From Blastocatellia bacterium (GTDB taxonomy: Bacteria; Acidobacteriota; Blastocatellia; UBA7656): 64,000 nt of DNA. Location: NCBI GenBank assembly GCA_963765495.1, contig CAVXWP010000004.1, positions 256,001 through 320,000 on the forward strand, read 5' to 3'. The position numbers and the translations under genes are program-made. This document shows, one piece after another, positions 50,610 through 61,115 of the stretch (its first letter is position 1; the number at the start of each line of letters is the position of its first letter). The notes under the pieces were generated by a model. That model searched no databases. It saw only the letters and a list, made by a program, of their open reading frames with translations, and had not been told where the DNA came from.

Positions 50610-51053
50610 ATGACACAAAATGAAGGCTCACAAACATCCGAGAAACTGACTTTCTTGTTATTAGGCGCAGGCATCGGGGCGACACTGGCCCTGCTCTTCG
50701 CTCCGAAACCCGGACGCGAACTGCGAAACGACATCGCCGATTACACCAAACGCGGGATTGATGCGGCCAATGAAGGCGCTCGCGTTATCGGCGACCGCGC
50801 TACAGATATATATGACACGGGTCGCGGCAAGTTGAGTGAAGCGGTCGGGACCGCGCGCGAAAGAATCGGCCAGGGCGCCGAATCGGTTCGTGAAAAGATC
50901 GGCCAGAGCGCCGAATCGGTTTCCGAGATCGCCGCTCGTCAAAAGGAACAGATCGCTGCGGCTATCGAAGCAGGCAAGCAGGCTTATCGCGAAGAGAAAC
51001 GTAAAGCCGGCGAAACCGGCGGCGGCGCTGCCGTTCAGACCGAAGAGGCGTAA
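50610..51053 (+). CDS. YtxH domain protein
   Basis: FLLLGAGIGATLALLFAPKPGRELR, an internal 11-aa repeat, and AIEAGKQAYREEK. Confidence 0.9.
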   Translation: MTQNEGSQTSEKLTFLLLGAGIGATLALLFAPKPGRELRNDIADYTKRGIDAANEGARVIGDRATDIYDTGRGKLSEAVGTARERIGQGAESVREKIGQSAESVSEIAARQKEQIAAAIEAGKQAYREEKRKAGETGGGAAVQTEEA

Positions 51054-51221
51054 TCGAATCTCGCAGGTCGGCAGGCGAACATTTGACCAGTTGAGAAACA
51101 GAGTTGAGAAACAGAGCCGGGAAACGGGCGTGGCTCTTTTGCGCCGCGCCTCCCTCTTTCTAAATCACGGCCCGCACAGAAGCTTTTGGGCAAGCCCCTT
51201 GTGTTTTGACAAGGAGGACTC

Positions 51222-51815
51222 GTGGAGCCACAGACCTTTTACACAATAGTTGCGATAGCTTCATTGATCATTGCGTTGAGCTTCATTGTCCAGATGGCGA
51301 TGTTTATCTTTATCTATTCAGCCATCAAGAAACTGACGGGCGTTGCAGAGTCGGTCCAGACAAAGGTGGAACCTGTTATAGATCAGGCGAGACCCGTCAT
51401 AACGCAGGTGCAAGAGACGATACTCAATGTCAAAGGAGTCGTAGACAAGATAAACGTTCAGGCAAAAGACACCTTTGACAAGGTGTCGGTTGAGACTCGC
51501 GCAATCGCGGCGGCGGTTTCGACCACCTCTCAGGAAATCACGAGCCTTGTGCATCATCAGGCCGAGCAGATTTCCTCTACGCTGGACCTTACGACCTCAA
51601 CTCTGCAACGTCAGGTCATTGAGCTTGACGAGTTGCTTACGCGGACTCAGGATCGCATAGAGTACACGACCCTAGAGGTTCAAACTACCGTGATCCAGCC
51701 GATTCGCGAAGTGTCGGCATTGCTTGTCGGGATACGGCGAACGATAGAAGCTCTGGTAGGCCGCGACCGCAAACAGATCAACCAGGCATATCAAGACGAA
51801 GAGATGTTTATTTGA
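51222..51815 (+). CDS. Membrane-anchored coiled-coil protein (DUF948/YtxG-like)
   Basis: AAGGAGG RBS with GTG start; one TM plus long amphipathic helices; adjacent to ytxH. Confidence 0.75.
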   Translation: MEPQTFYTIVAIASLIIALSFIVQMAMFIFIYSAIKKLTGVAESVQTKVEPVIDQARPVITQVQETILNVKGVVDKINVQAKDTFDKVSVETRAIAAAVSTTSQEITSLVHHQAEQISSTLDLTTSTLQRQVIELDELLTRTQDRIEYTTLEVQTTVIQPIREVSALLVGIRRTIEALVGRDRKQINQAYQDEEMFI

Positions 51816-51868
51816 TCGAGCCGCCGGTCACCCGCGCGGCAGCCGGGACCAGCGATCATGCTCAACGG

Positions 51869-51900
51869 CACCTGGTTCCATTATCATAGGAGCCAGGTGC
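51869..51900 (+). terminator. Hairpin, possible terminator
   Basis: GCACCTGGTTCC..GGAGCCAGGTGC followed by a T-rich stretch. Confidence 0.55.
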
Positions 51901-51917
51901 ATTGTTATTATGTTCGG

Positions 51918-51985
51918 TTTTGAATTTTGAATTTTGAGTTTTCAGAAGCCTCCGAATCTCAAATTTCAAATTTCAAATTTGATTT
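51918..51985. repeat. Heptamer-armed palindrome (TTTTGAA/TTCAAAT family)
   Basis: TTTTGAATTTTGAATTTTGAG ... CTCAAATTTCAAATTTCAAA. Confidence 0.8.
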
Positions 51986-51998
51986 AGGATAAAAACAG

Positions 51999-54900
51999 AT
52001 GACGACCGAAACGCCTCTGGATTTAAAGGCAACCATAAACCTGCCCAGGACGAAATTCTCGCAGAAAGCTAACCTTACTCAGCGAGAGCCGGAACGATTG
52101 AAGCGATGGAACGAAATAGACCTCTATAGCGAGATTCGCCGCGCTCGCGCGGGCCGCCCCATGTATGTGCTGCACGACGGGCCGCCCTATGCCAACTCAG
52201 ACATCCACATCGGCACGGCGATGAACAAGATATTGAAAGACATAATCGTGAAGTCGCACGCGATGATGGGTTACGATACGCCGTACGTTCCCGGCTATGA
52301 TTGCCACGGTTTGCCAATCGAGCTTTACGTAGACAAGAAGCTCGGGGCGAAGAAGGCCCAGATGAGCCCGGTCTCGATTCGCCGCGCCTGTCGCGAGCAC
52401 GCAGCAAACGCGCTCAAGCGGCAGACCCGCGACTTTCAGCGTTTAGGCGTGCTTGGCGAATGGGATAACCCTTATTTAACGATGTCGAACGCTTACGAGG
52501 CGGAAACCGCCCGTCTGTTCGGCAGATTCGTCGAGCGGGGATATGTCTACAAGGGAGCGCGGCCCGTTTACTGGTGCATACACGATCAGACGGCGCTTGC
52601 CGAAGCCGAGGTGGAATACAAAGAGCATACTTCGCCTTCGATCTACGTCAAGTTCCCGCTGCCCGAAGATCAAGTCAATGAGCTTCAAAAGAGAATTTCA
52701 GGCGAGGGACAGGAAAAAGCACCGGCCCCCGGCTCCGCGCCGCGCGATAGCGCATCATGCGCCAGTTGGCCCCCGGCCCCCGTCTACGTGCTGATATGGA
52801 CGACCACGCCTTGGACGCTTCCGGCCAATCTTGGGATCTCGGTTAATCCGAGGTTCGATTATGCGGCAGTTGATGTGGGCAACGAGGTTTACATAGTCGC
52901 GAGCGATCTTGTCGCGGCCGTGGCGGAAAAATGCGGGATAAATGAGCCTCGCGTGATAGCGCGGTTTTCAGGCAGCCTGCTTGAAGGGCTTCGGGCGCGA
53001 CACGCGTGGCTTGATCGTCCGTCGCTTCTGATGGTGGGCGAACACGTCACGCTTGGCGGAGAGGCCGACGCCGAAACGGAACTCGATGTTGCCGACGCGC
53101 AGAAAAAAGGGACGGGCAAGGCGGGGACCGGATGCGTTCATACTGCGCCCGGTCATGGTCACGACGACTTTCTGATAGGCCAGCAGTACCGCAAAGAACT
53201 CGCGCCGGTCTATGCCGAGTTGCGCGCGGCGGGCGCGGTCTCGGGGAAGGTCGGTACTGAGGTCTATTGCCCGGTCGATAACGCGGGCCGGTTCACAAAG
53301 GAAGTGGATGGATTCGCGGGCAGGCAGGTTTTTGAGGCAAACGACGAGATAGTTGAATTCCTCAGAGACACGGGCGCGCTCCTCTATAGCGAACCCTACG
53401 CGCACCGCTATCCGCATTGCTGGCGGTGTCATAACCCGGTGATCTTCCGCGCTACGCCGCAGTGGTTTATCTCTATGGATAGCCCCGCTGTGCCTGTTGA
53501 TGACTGCTCGGAGCAATCGCTCAGAGAAGGCGCGTTGCGCGAAGTCGATAGCGTCACATGGATACCGGGATGGGGCCGCGAACGGATGCACAATATGCTT
53601 GCCGGTCGTCCCGACTGGTGCGTCTCGCGACAGAGGGTCTGGGGCGTGCCGATCCCCGTCTTTTACTGTGAGGACTGCGGCGAATCCGTTGCAGATGCAA
53701 AGGTGATAAACCATGTGGCCGAAATCTTCGATAAAGAGACCGCCGACGCATGGTACGCGCGCGAGGCCGAATACCTGCTGCCGGAAGGCTTCAGATGTCC
53801 GAAGTGCGAAAAATCTAATTTCGCAAAAGAGATGGACATACTCGACGTGTGGTTCGATTCGGGCTCGTCTTCGCTTGCGGTTCTTGAAATAGAGCGTCAC
53901 CTGCCCTGGCCTGCCGATCTTTATCTGGAAGGGCCGGATCAGTATCGAGGCTGGTTCAACTCTTCGCTGATGGTAGGCATAGCCGCGCACGACCGCGCGC
54001 CCTACAAGACCGTAATCACGCACGGGTGGACTGTTGACGGCGAAGGCAAAGCGATGCACAAATCTACCGGCAATGCCATTTCGCCAAACGAAGTCATTGA
54101 CGTGAGTGGCGCTGAAATACTCAGATTGTGGGTGGCATCTTCGGATTATCGCGAAGATGTGCGGCTGTCGGAAGAGATTCTCAACCGGCTGGTTGATGCC
54201 TACAGAAAGCTCAGAAACACGGCTCGTTTCGCGCTCGGAAACCTCTTCGATTTCGATCCCGAAGGCGACAGTGTGGCTTATGAAGACATGTGGGAGATTG
54301 ATCGCTGGGCGCTTGCGGCAACCGAAGAGCTTGCTCGCAAGGTGATGGAAGGATACAAACGATTCGAGTACACGACCGTCTACCACGCGCTCTATAATTT
54401 TGCTACCGTGACGCTTTCGGCCATCTACTTCGATATCTTGAAGGACCGGCTTTACATTTACGCGCCGGGGTCCAGAGGCCGCCGCAGCGCGCAGACGGCG
54501 CTCTGCCGGATAGTAGACACCCTGGCGCGGCTTCTCGCGCCCGTGCTCGCTTTTACCGCCGACGAGATTTGGGAGAACATTCCCGGCGCTCGGGAAACAT
54601 CCGTTCATATAGCCGAATTTCCAAAACTGGAAGAGCGCGCGTCAGACAAAGAATTGCTCGCGCTGTGGGCGCGGCTGATCGAAGTCCGTTCGACGGTGCA
54701 GAAATCGCTCGAAGACAAACGCAACGAGAAAGTGATAGGCGCATCGCTTGAGGCGAAAGTCATACTGCGAGCAAGCGGCGAGACGTATGATCTGCTTGAA
54801 CGATACGCCGACCGGTTGCCCTCGCTATTTATCGTCTCGCAGGTTGAGCTTGAACGAGCGGAATCGGATACAATTGAGATTGCCGTAGAGCGCGCCGCCG

Positions 54901-55031
54901 GGACGAAGTGCGAGCGGTGCTGGAACTATTCGGATACCGTGGGCAAAGACCCACGCTATCCGACGCTCGATGAGCGGTGTATCCGCCAGATAGAAGAAGG
55001 CTGGGGAGAATTATGGCAACTTCAAAACTAG
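51999..55031 (+). CDS. ileS: Isoleucine--tRNA ligase (type 1)
   Basis: LHDGPPYAN, HIGT, WTTTPWTLP, GTGCVHTAP, WCVSRQRVWG, DQYRGWF, AMHKS and CERCW. Confidence 0.98.
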   Translation: MTTETPLDLKATINLPRTKFSQKANLTQREPERLKRWNEIDLYSEIRRARAGRPMYVLHDGPPYANSDIHIGTAMNKILKDIIVKSHAMMGYDTPYVPGYDCHGLPIELYVDKKLGAKKAQMSPVSIRRACREHAANALKRQTRDFQRLGVLGEWDNPYLTMSNAYEAETARLFGRFVERGYVYKGARPVYWCIHDQTALAEAEVEYKEHTSPSIYVKFPLPEDQVNELQKRISGEGQEKAPAPGSAPRDSASCASWPPAPVYVLIWTTTPWTLPANLGISVNPRFDYAAVDVGNEVYIVASDLVAAVAEKCGINEPRVIARFSGSLLEGLRARHAWLDRPSLLMVGEHVTLGGEADAETELDVADAQKKGTGKAGTGCVHTAPGHGHDDFLIGQQYRKELAPVYAELRAAGAVSGKVGTEVYCPVDNAGRFTKEVDGFAGRQVFEANDEIVEFLRDTGALLYSEPYAHRYPHCWRCHNPVIFRATPQWFISMDSPAVPVDDCSEQSLREGALREVDSVTWIPGWGRERMHNMLAGRPDWCVSRQRVWGVPIPVFYCEDCGESVADAKVINHVAEIFDKETADAWYAREAEYLLPEGFRCPKCEKSNFAKEMDILDVWFDSGSSSLAVLEIERHLPWPADLYLEGPDQYRGWFNSSLMVGIAAHDRAPYKTVITHGWTVDGEGKAMHKSTGNAISPNEVIDVSGAEILRLWVASSDYREDVRLSEEILNRLVDAYRKLRNTARFALGNLFDFDPEGDSVAYEDMWEIDRWALAATEELARKVMEGYKRFEYTTVYHALYNFATVTLSAIYFDILKDRLYIYAPGSRGRRSAQTALCRIVDTLARLLAPVLAFTADEIWENIPGARETSVHIAEFPKLEERASDKELLALWARLIEVRSTVQKSLEDKRNEKVIGASLEAKVILRASGETYDLLERYADRLPSLFIVSQVELERAESDTIEIAVERAAGTKCERCWNYSDTVGKDPRYPTLDERCIRQIEEGWGELWQLQN

Positions 55032-55282
55032 ACAGGGTTCTGGAAGAAGTGAAGAGACTAACGTTCGATGAACAAATTCAGTTGCGCGAGATACTTGACG
55101 AATTGCTTGAACCAGTGAGAGCACCGATGACCGAGGAGGAATTCGAGCAGAAGCTCCTGGAGAATGGAGTTATCTGTCATATTCCCCCCCCGATTACGGA
55201 CCTTACACCCTACAATAGCCGAAAGCTAATCAAGGTAACAGGCAAACCTTTGTCTGAAACAATTCTGGAGGAGCGCCGATAG
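55013..55282 (+). CDS. Putative antitoxin (VapB-like)
   Basis: Small ORF overlapping the ileS end and abutting the PIN gene; C-terminal GKPLSETILEERR. Confidence 0.75.
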   Translation: MATSKLDRVLEEVKRLTFDEQIQLREILDELLEPVRAPMTEEEFEQKLLENGVICHIPPPITDLTPYNSRKLIKVTGKPLSETILEERR

Positions 55283-55744
55283 ATGGCTGTCTTTTTCTTC
55301 GACAGCAGCGCTATAGTCAAGCGATATGCGGGCGAAACCGGATCAGACCATGTGAAGGATTTAACGGATCCGGGTGCAGGCAATCTCATTTATCTTGCGG
55401 GCATTACGGAAGTAGAAGTGATTTCCGCCATCGCCCGGCGAAAACGTGAGCAAAGTTTGACGGAATCAGATGCGCAGATTGGAATCGAGATGTTTAGCGA
55501 TGATCTAATCAATCAATACAGAATTATTGCTATAACAAACGAATTGATCAGCCGAGCAGCGATACTTGTGCAGACGCATATCCTGCGCGCATACGATGCA
55601 GTACAACTGGCTGCTGCATTACAAATCAGTAGATTCTATGCAGGACGAATGCACTTCATCACATTTGTGTCATCTGATCCACCATTAAATAAGGCTGCTC
55701 TCGTGGAAGGCTTAACGGTGGATGATCCCAATAGTCATCCATAA
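55283..55744 (+). CDS. vapC: VapC family PIN-domain toxin
   Basis: FFDSSAIVKRY..E.GS, EVISA, LRAYDAVQLAAAL and VSSD. Confidence 0.92.
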   Translation: MAVFFFDSSAIVKRYAGETGSDHVKDLTDPGAGNLIYLAGITEVEVISAIARRKREQSLTESDAQIGIEMFSDDLINQYRIIAITNELISRAAILVQTHILRAYDAVQLAAALQISRFYAGRMHFITFVSSDPPLNKAALVEGLTVDDPNSHP

Positions 55745-55763
55745 TGGGAGGTAAGCAAGCCTG

Positions 55764-56327
55764 ATGAGTTCAGAGGCAGTTAGCGCCAACACGGGCACGG
55801 GCAAGCTCTGGTACATGATCGTCACCGCCTTTGTGCTGGTGCTCGACCAGTTTACAAAGTACTGGGTTTCGATGTCTCTCAGAGAGGGCGACGAGATAGA
55901 TGTCATCCGGGGTTTTTTAAAGATCAGCTATACCGAAAATCCCGGCATCGCCTTCGGGGTATTTGGCAGCGGCCAGTTACGCTGGCTGCTGGTAGCGGTT
56001 TCAGTCACGGCGATAGTAGTCGTGATCTTTTACCTGATGCGCACGCCCTCGTCAAACAGCCTCTTGTTGTGGTCGCTCGCGTTGCTTGCGGCCGGGATTT
56101 GCGGCAACCTGATTGATCGCATCCAACTGGGCCGTGTGATAGACTTTATCGAGGTGTATTACAGAAGTTATCACTGGCCGGTCTTCAACGTAGCCGATAC
56201 GGCTATAACCATCGGCGCGGCCTTGATGGCCATAGAGTTGTTTCTCTCTCCTCAGCCCGCGAAAGCAACCGATGAGGAGGGAGGCGAATCTCCTATATTG
56301 GAGACCAATGAGAGTTCCGAACCCTGA
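55764..56327 (+). CDS. lspA: Signal peptidase II
   Basis: DQFTK, NPGIAFG, GNLIDR, VIDFI and FNVAD. Confidence 0.97.
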   Translation: MSSEAVSANTGTGKLWYMIVTAFVLVLDQFTKYWVSMSLREGDEIDVIRGFLKISYTENPGIAFGVFGSGQLRWLLVAVSVTAIVVVIFYLMRTPSSNSLLLWSLALLAAGICGNLIDRIQLGRVIDFIEVYYRSYHWPVFNVADTAITIGAALMAIELFLSPQPAKATDEEGGESPILETNESSEP

Positions 56328-56382
56328 GCGATGATCGTTTTTTTCAGATCGGACATAGGGATTCAGGACTCAGGAAGTAGAT

Positions 56383-57201
56383 ATGTTACCAGAGCTTTTC
56401 AGGATACCCGGTCTCGACTGGCCGGTTTCGACTTACGGCCTGTTGCTTGCCATCGGCTTTATTCTGGCATTATGGATAATCGCCCGACTCGCGGAGCAGG
56501 ACGGGCTGCCAAAGAACAGGATTTACGACCTGGGCCTCTACATTCTGGCATCGGCGCTTATAGGCGCAAAGGTGCTGATGGTCATCACGGAATGGAACGA
56601 ATTTGGCGACTGGCGTCGGGTCTTTTCGCTCGATGTTTTACGTTCGGGCGGGGTCTATTTCGGCGGATTTCTGATAGCAGTGGCAGTGAGCATAATCCTG
56701 ATGCGAATGTGGCATCTGCCCTGGCGCAAGACAGCAGACGCCTTTGCGCCCGGGATTGCGCTTGGCCACGCGGTCGGGCGGCTGGGTTGTTTTTCAGCCG
56801 GGTGTTGCTGGGGCAAGCCTACTACTTCGTGGATCGGGGTGAAGTTTACCGAAAAGGCAAACGAGTTGACGGGCGTGCCCATTGACGTGGCGCTGGTGCC
56901 TACGCAATTGATCGAAGCCTTGGCAAACGCCTTGATATTCGTCTTCCTGTTGTGGCTGCGGAAGCGGCGGGCCTTTGACGGCCAGATCATTTTCGCTTAT
57001 CTGATGGTCTATTCCGTAGCGCGATTCACAATCGAATTCTGGCGCGATGACCCGCGAGGATGGGTCTTTGGGCTTTCTACCTCGCAATTCATATCGCTGC
57101 TCATATTCCCTCTCGCGCTCGCCTTGATGTTGTATTACCGGCGGCGCAGTCAGACGCAAAAGCTTGCCCCGCATACGGATGTGGCAGCGCAAGCATCTTA
57201 A
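56383..57201 (+). CDS. lgt: Prolipoprotein diacylglyceryl transferase
   Basis: YGLL, GGVYFGG, GRLGCF..GCCWG, PTQLIE and RFTIEFWRDD. Confidence 0.95.
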   Translation: MLPELFRIPGLDWPVSTYGLLLAIGFILALWIIARLAEQDGLPKNRIYDLGLYILASALIGAKVLMVITEWNEFGDWRRVFSLDVLRSGGVYFGGFLIAVAVSIILMRMWHLPWRKTADAFAPGIALGHAVGRLGCFSAGCCWGKPTTSWIGVKFTEKANELTGVPIDVALVPTQLIEALANALIFVFLLWLRKRRAFDGQIIFAYLMVYSVARFTIEFWRDDPRGWVFGLSTSQFISLLIFPLALALMLYYRRRSQTQKLAPHTDVAAQAS

Positions 57202-57289
57202 GTGATACGTGATTCGTGATTATCAGGCATTTGCCTGTCGATAGATTCATAGCTTACTTCACGAATCACGCGTCAAGTATCACGTATCA
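57202..57289. repeat. Heptamer-armed palindrome (GTGATAC family)
   Basis: GTGATACGTGATTCGTGAT, core, TCACGAATCACG..ATCACGTATCA; core is the reverse complement of the 42987 core. Confidence 0.88.
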
Positions 57290-57294
57290 TCATA

Positions 57295-58248
57295 GTGACT
57301 TCCAATGAAGCGCAATTACTCACCGTTGGCGAAGAGGCGGCAGGCACGCGCCTCGATTCCTTCCTTGCCTCCTCGATAAACGACCTCAGTCGCACTCGAA
57401 TACAGAGGGCCATCGAAGATGGCGACGTTCTGGTAAATGACCGCGCTGTAAAATCGAGCTATCGCGTGAGCGCGGGCGATCAGATCGAAATGGATTTGCC
57501 CGAACCGCCCGTGGTTCAGATCGCGGCTGAGGATATACGGATTCAGGTCGTCTTTGAAGACGATGATTTGATAGTTGTCGATAAGCCTGCCGGTATGGTT
57601 GTGCACCCCGGGGCAGGTATCGAATCGGGAACGCTTGCAAACGCGCTCGTCTATCATTTCAACAGACTCTCAGAGACTGCTGGGCGCACAAGACCCGGCA
57701 TCGTCCACCGCATTGATAAAGAGACCTCGGGGTTGCTGGTCGTGGCCAAAAACGATGTCGCGCACGAAAGGCTGTCTGACCAGTTTCGGGACCGCAACGT
57801 GTATAAGATGTATCTGGCGCTGGTCTATGGGCGTATGTCTCAGGAGCGGGGCGAAATCGAAGCGCGCCTCGGTCGCAGCCCGCACAACCGTACTCGCATG
57901 ACGGTGCTTCGCGGAGGCGCGGGCCGCGCGGCCCACACTATCTTTGAGGCAGCCGACCGGTTCCAGGAGTTCACGCTCGTCAAGGTCTGGATCAAGACCG
58001 GGCGCACCCATCAGATCCGCGTTCACCTCGCCCACATAGGCCACCCGGTTGTCGGAGATTCCACCTACGGGCAGGGGCGTGAGAATTCGATAAGAAACCC
58101 GGTTATCAAGAGAGAGATCAAGGCGCTCGGACGCCACTTTTTGCACTCCGCACAGTTGGGATTCAATCATCCAAAAAGCAGGGAGCGGCTTGAATTCTCA
58201 TCCCCGCTACCGGCAGAGCTTACGACGTTTCTGTCGCTGTTGGAGTAA
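57295..58248 (+). CDS. rluD: RluA-family (RluD-like) pseudouridine synthase
   Basis: S4 domain, VDKPAGMVVHPG, HRIDKETSG and TGRTHQIRVH. Confidence 0.92.
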   Translation: MTSNEAQLLTVGEEAAGTRLDSFLASSINDLSRTRIQRAIEDGDVLVNDRAVKSSYRVSAGDQIEMDLPEPPVVQIAAEDIRIQVVFEDDDLIVVDKPAGMVVHPGAGIESGTLANALVYHFNRLSETAGRTRPGIVHRIDKETSGLLVVAKNDVAHERLSDQFRDRNVYKMYLALVYGRMSQERGEIEARLGRSPHNRTRMTVLRGGAGRAAHTIFEAADRFQEFTLVKVWIKTGRTHQIRVHLAHIGHPVVGDSTYGQGRENSIRNPVIKREIKALGRHFLHSAQLGFNHPKSRERLEFSSPLPAELTTFLSLLE

Positions 58249-58372
58249 AGGGATTCCAGCTTTCGCTTGGACTATTGCTCTAAAACATGGTTTACTTTGT
58301 AAACTCTGGGGCGATTTCACTCAGGGGCTCCATCAATACAGTTCATAAACAGTGCCAATATAGGAATTTGTC

Positions 58373-59638
58373 ATGAACGATGATTCAATCGCACGGCGAG
58401 ATTTTCTCAAAAGCGCGGCGGCTGCCGTCATGCTCCTCTTCACAGAAGAAGAGTTGCTGGCCGCAAAGATTTTACAGGACACGCCGCCGCCCGGCCCCCC
58501 GGTCAAATTCGGAGTCATTGGGCTGGGCCAGTGGGGGAAAGAGATACTCTCTGCGTTGTCGCGGCTGCCCTCTGCTGAGGTCACAGCCATCTGTGACACC
58601 TATGAGCCGTACATCAAGAAGGGGCAAGAGATCGCCCCGAAGGCCACCGCCGTTACGGATTATCGAAAACTCATTGAGTCACCCGATGTCGAAGCCGTAA
58701 TTGTGGCGACTCCATCGCATCTTCATAAAGAGATAGCGATTGCCGCCCTTCAGGCCGGGAAGCATCTCTATTGCGAAGCGCCGCTCGCATCGACGGTCGA
58801 AGAGGCGAAGGCTATCGCGCAGGCCGGGCTTCAGGCATCGAAGAAGATTTTTCAAACGGGGCTTCAGGGGCGTTCGAACACGCTCTATAAGCACATTTTG
58901 CAGTTCGTCAAATCGGGAGTCCTCGGCACGCCCGCTCAGGTCACGGCCCAGTGGAACAAGAAACAGAGCTGGCGGCGTGTGGCTCCTACTCCCGCGCGCG
59001 AGCAGGAGTTGAACTGGAGGTTGTCTACAAAGACATCATCCGGTCTTGTGGGCGAGGCAGGGATTCACAACATCGATCTGGCAAGCTGGTATCTGAAAGC
59101 ATTGCCTACGGCAGTGACCGGATTCGGCTCGGTAGTCAACTGGAAAGACGGGCGCGACGTGCCCGATACGGTGCAGTGCATATTCGATTATCCGAAAGAT
59201 GTGCGGATGATCTTTTCGTCAACTCTGGTAAGTTCGTTCAGCGATGCCTACACGCTGTTTCAAGGAAGCAATAGCAGTCTGATGATGCGCGAGAAACGCG
59301 GATGGATGATAAAGGAATCCGATTCGCCTCTGCTCGGATGGGAAGTCTACGCCAGGAAAGAGCCCGTCCATAACGAGACGGGAATCGCTATGGTCGCCGA
59401 TGCGACAAAGATACTGGCGGCAGGCAAAGACCCGGGCAAGGAAGGCTCGGCCGAGCCTACACACGACGCGCTTTATTACGCGCTCGAAGATTTCACCCGC
59501 AGCATTCGAGAAGAAAAGCCCTCGGTTTGCGGGCCGGAAGAAGGTTATCAGGCGGCGGTCGTGGCCATCAAAGCAAACGAGGCGGTGCTATCGGGCGCAA
59601 AGGTCGCCTATCAACAGACATGGTTCGATCTCAAATAA
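58373..59638 (+). CDS. Gfo/Idh/MocA oxidoreductase with a Tat-like motif
   Basis: ARRDFLK, IGLGQWG, ATPSHLH and YCEAP (EKP changed to EAP). Confidence 0.9.
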   Translation: MNDDSIARRDFLKSAAAAVMLLFTEEELLAAKILQDTPPPGPPVKFGVIGLGQWGKEILSALSRLPSAEVTAICDTYEPYIKKGQEIAPKATAVTDYRKLIESPDVEAVIVATPSHLHKEIAIAALQAGKHLYCEAPLASTVEEAKAIAQAGLQASKKIFQTGLQGRSNTLYKHILQFVKSGVLGTPAQVTAQWNKKQSWRRVAPTPAREQELNWRLSTKTSSGLVGEAGIHNIDLASWYLKALPTAVTGFGSVVNWKDGRDVPDTVQCIFDYPKDVRMIFSSTLVSSFSDAYTLFQGSNSSLMMREKRGWMIKESDSPLLGWEVYARKEPVHNETGIAMVADATKILAAGKDPGKEGSAEPTHDALYYALEDFTRSIREEKPSVCGPEEGYQAAVVAIKANEAVLSGAKVAYQQTWFDLK

Positions 59639-59658
59639 ACCCAAGGAGAGCTATCATC

Positions 59659-60990
59659 ATGAAAGACAATAAAGACAAGCAGGATTTATCGCGGCGCGAT
59701 TTTCTAAAAGTTGCGAGCGTGACCACGGCGGGTCTTGCCGCAGGCTCGCTCATAAGCAAGCAGGCGAAGGCGGCCGGCGTTCCGCTTCCCGCCAAGGCGA
59801 AAATTCTGGGCGCAAACGACCGCATAAACTACGGCATGATAGGCATAGGCGGGATGGGTGGCGGCCACCTGCGAATTCTCACCGATTTCGCCGCGCCCAG
59901 CAAACCCGATGTTCAGCCCGAAAACATCGCCGTAGTGGCTGTGTGCGATGTGTTCGAGAAACGTCGGAAAAAGGCTCAGGAAGTGGCAAAGGTTCCCGAC
60001 TCTCGGGCTTACGGCGATTACCGGCGGCTGCTTGAAAACAAGGACATTGACGCGGTAGTGATCGCGACTCCCGACCACTGGCACGCGGCCATAGCCATTG
60101 CCGCTATGGAGGCGGGCAAACACATCTACGTCGAAAAGCCCATGACTCACTCTCTCAAAGACGGGTTCAAGCTATACGACACGGCCAAGAGGACAAATCG
60201 TCTTGTGCAGGTAGGCGCGCACGGCAACAGCGATCCGAAATGGCACAAGGCCCGCGAAATAGTCAAAACGGGCAAGATGGGGAAGATACTCTGGGCGCAG
60301 GGCAGCTATTGCCGGAACAACCCGAAAGGCGAATGGAACTATGACATAGACCCGGAGGCCAACGAGCAGACCGTGGACTGGAAGATGTGGCTCGGCAACG
60401 CGCCCAAACGCCCCTGGAGCCCCGAGCGATATTTTCGCTGGAGAAAATACTGGGATTACGGCAACGGCATCATAGGCGATTTGTGGCCGCATCGCCTGCA
60501 CCCGCTGATGCTTGGAATGGCTATCGAGGAATTCCCCAAGAGCGTATCCTGCATGGGCGGCATACTCTGTAACACGGATCAGGGAAACGGCGAAATGAGG
60601 GACGTAGCCGACACGACTACGCTTATGGTCGAGTTCCCTTCCGGCACCATGATCTTCCTGGCGGGCTCTACGGTAAACGAGCGGGGCGTCGAAGATGTAA
60701 TTCGCGGTCACAAGGCGAACCTGCTTTTCGGCGGCGCTAAAGTCGAAATAGTCCCCGAGCGCCCGTATGTGGACGAGGTAGAGGCCAAGGATGAGACTCC
60801 GCCCGATTCGGGCGAAAGCCATGCAAAGCACCAGAAGAATTTTCTTGAGAGTCTCCGCAACAACACCCCGCCGAATGCCAACATCGAGCAGGGCATAAGA
60901 GTACAAACGATCGTATCGCTTGCCGAAGAGTCTTATAGAAAGGGCAAGACGATGCACTTCGACGCGGAGAAGCGAAAGGTAAGCTCGTAG
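59659..60990 (+). CDS. Tat-exported Gfo/Idh/MocA oxidoreductase
   Basis: SRRDFLK, IGIGGMG, ATPDHWH, YVEKP and [10 protein letters not shown]; start ATG 59659 after GGAG. Confidence 0.93.
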   Translation: MKDNKDKQDLSRRDFLKVASVTTAGLAAGSLISKQAKAAGVPLPAKAKILGANDRINYGMIGIGGMGGGHLRILTDFAAPSKPDVQPENIAVVAVCDVFEKRRKKAQEVAKVPDSRAYGDYRRLLENKDIDAVVIATPDHWHAAIAIAAMEAGKHIYVEKPMTHSLKDGFKLYDTAKRTNRLVQVGAHGNSDPKWHKAREIVKTGKMGKILWAQGSYCRNNPKGEWNYDIDPEANEQTVDWKMWLGNAPKRPWSPERYFRWRKYWDYGNGIIGDLWPHRLHPLMLGMAIEEFPKSVSCMGGILCNTDQGNGEMRDVADTTTLMVEFPSGTMIFLAGSTVNERGVEDVIRGHKANLLFGGAKVEIVPERPYVDEVEAKDETPPDSGESHAKHQKNFLESLRNNTPPNANIEQGIRVQTIVSLAEESYRKGKTMHFDAEKRKVSS

Positions 60991-61010
60991 CCCGCCGGGT
61001 GCTTATTATT

Positions 61011-61083
61011 TGACAGGATTAACAGGATTTCAAAGATTAAAAGAGACTCTTGTTAATCCAAACTAATCTTGTCAATCCTGTCA
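61011..61083. repeat. Nonamer-armed palindrome (ACAGGATTA family)
   Basis: TGACAGGATTAACAGGATT ... AATCTTGTCAATCCTGTCA. Confidence 0.85.
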
Positions 61084-61115
61084 AAAACCCGCTGTTCTAT
61101 TCACGCATCACGCAC

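Noticed and set aside
51816-51998. Possible T-box leader before ileS
   Set aside because: No T-box consensus; the region is explained by a hairpin and a heptamer palindrome.
52968-54608. 546 aa minus-strand ORF
   Set aside because: Antisense shadow of ileS, as expected from GC-rich codon bias.
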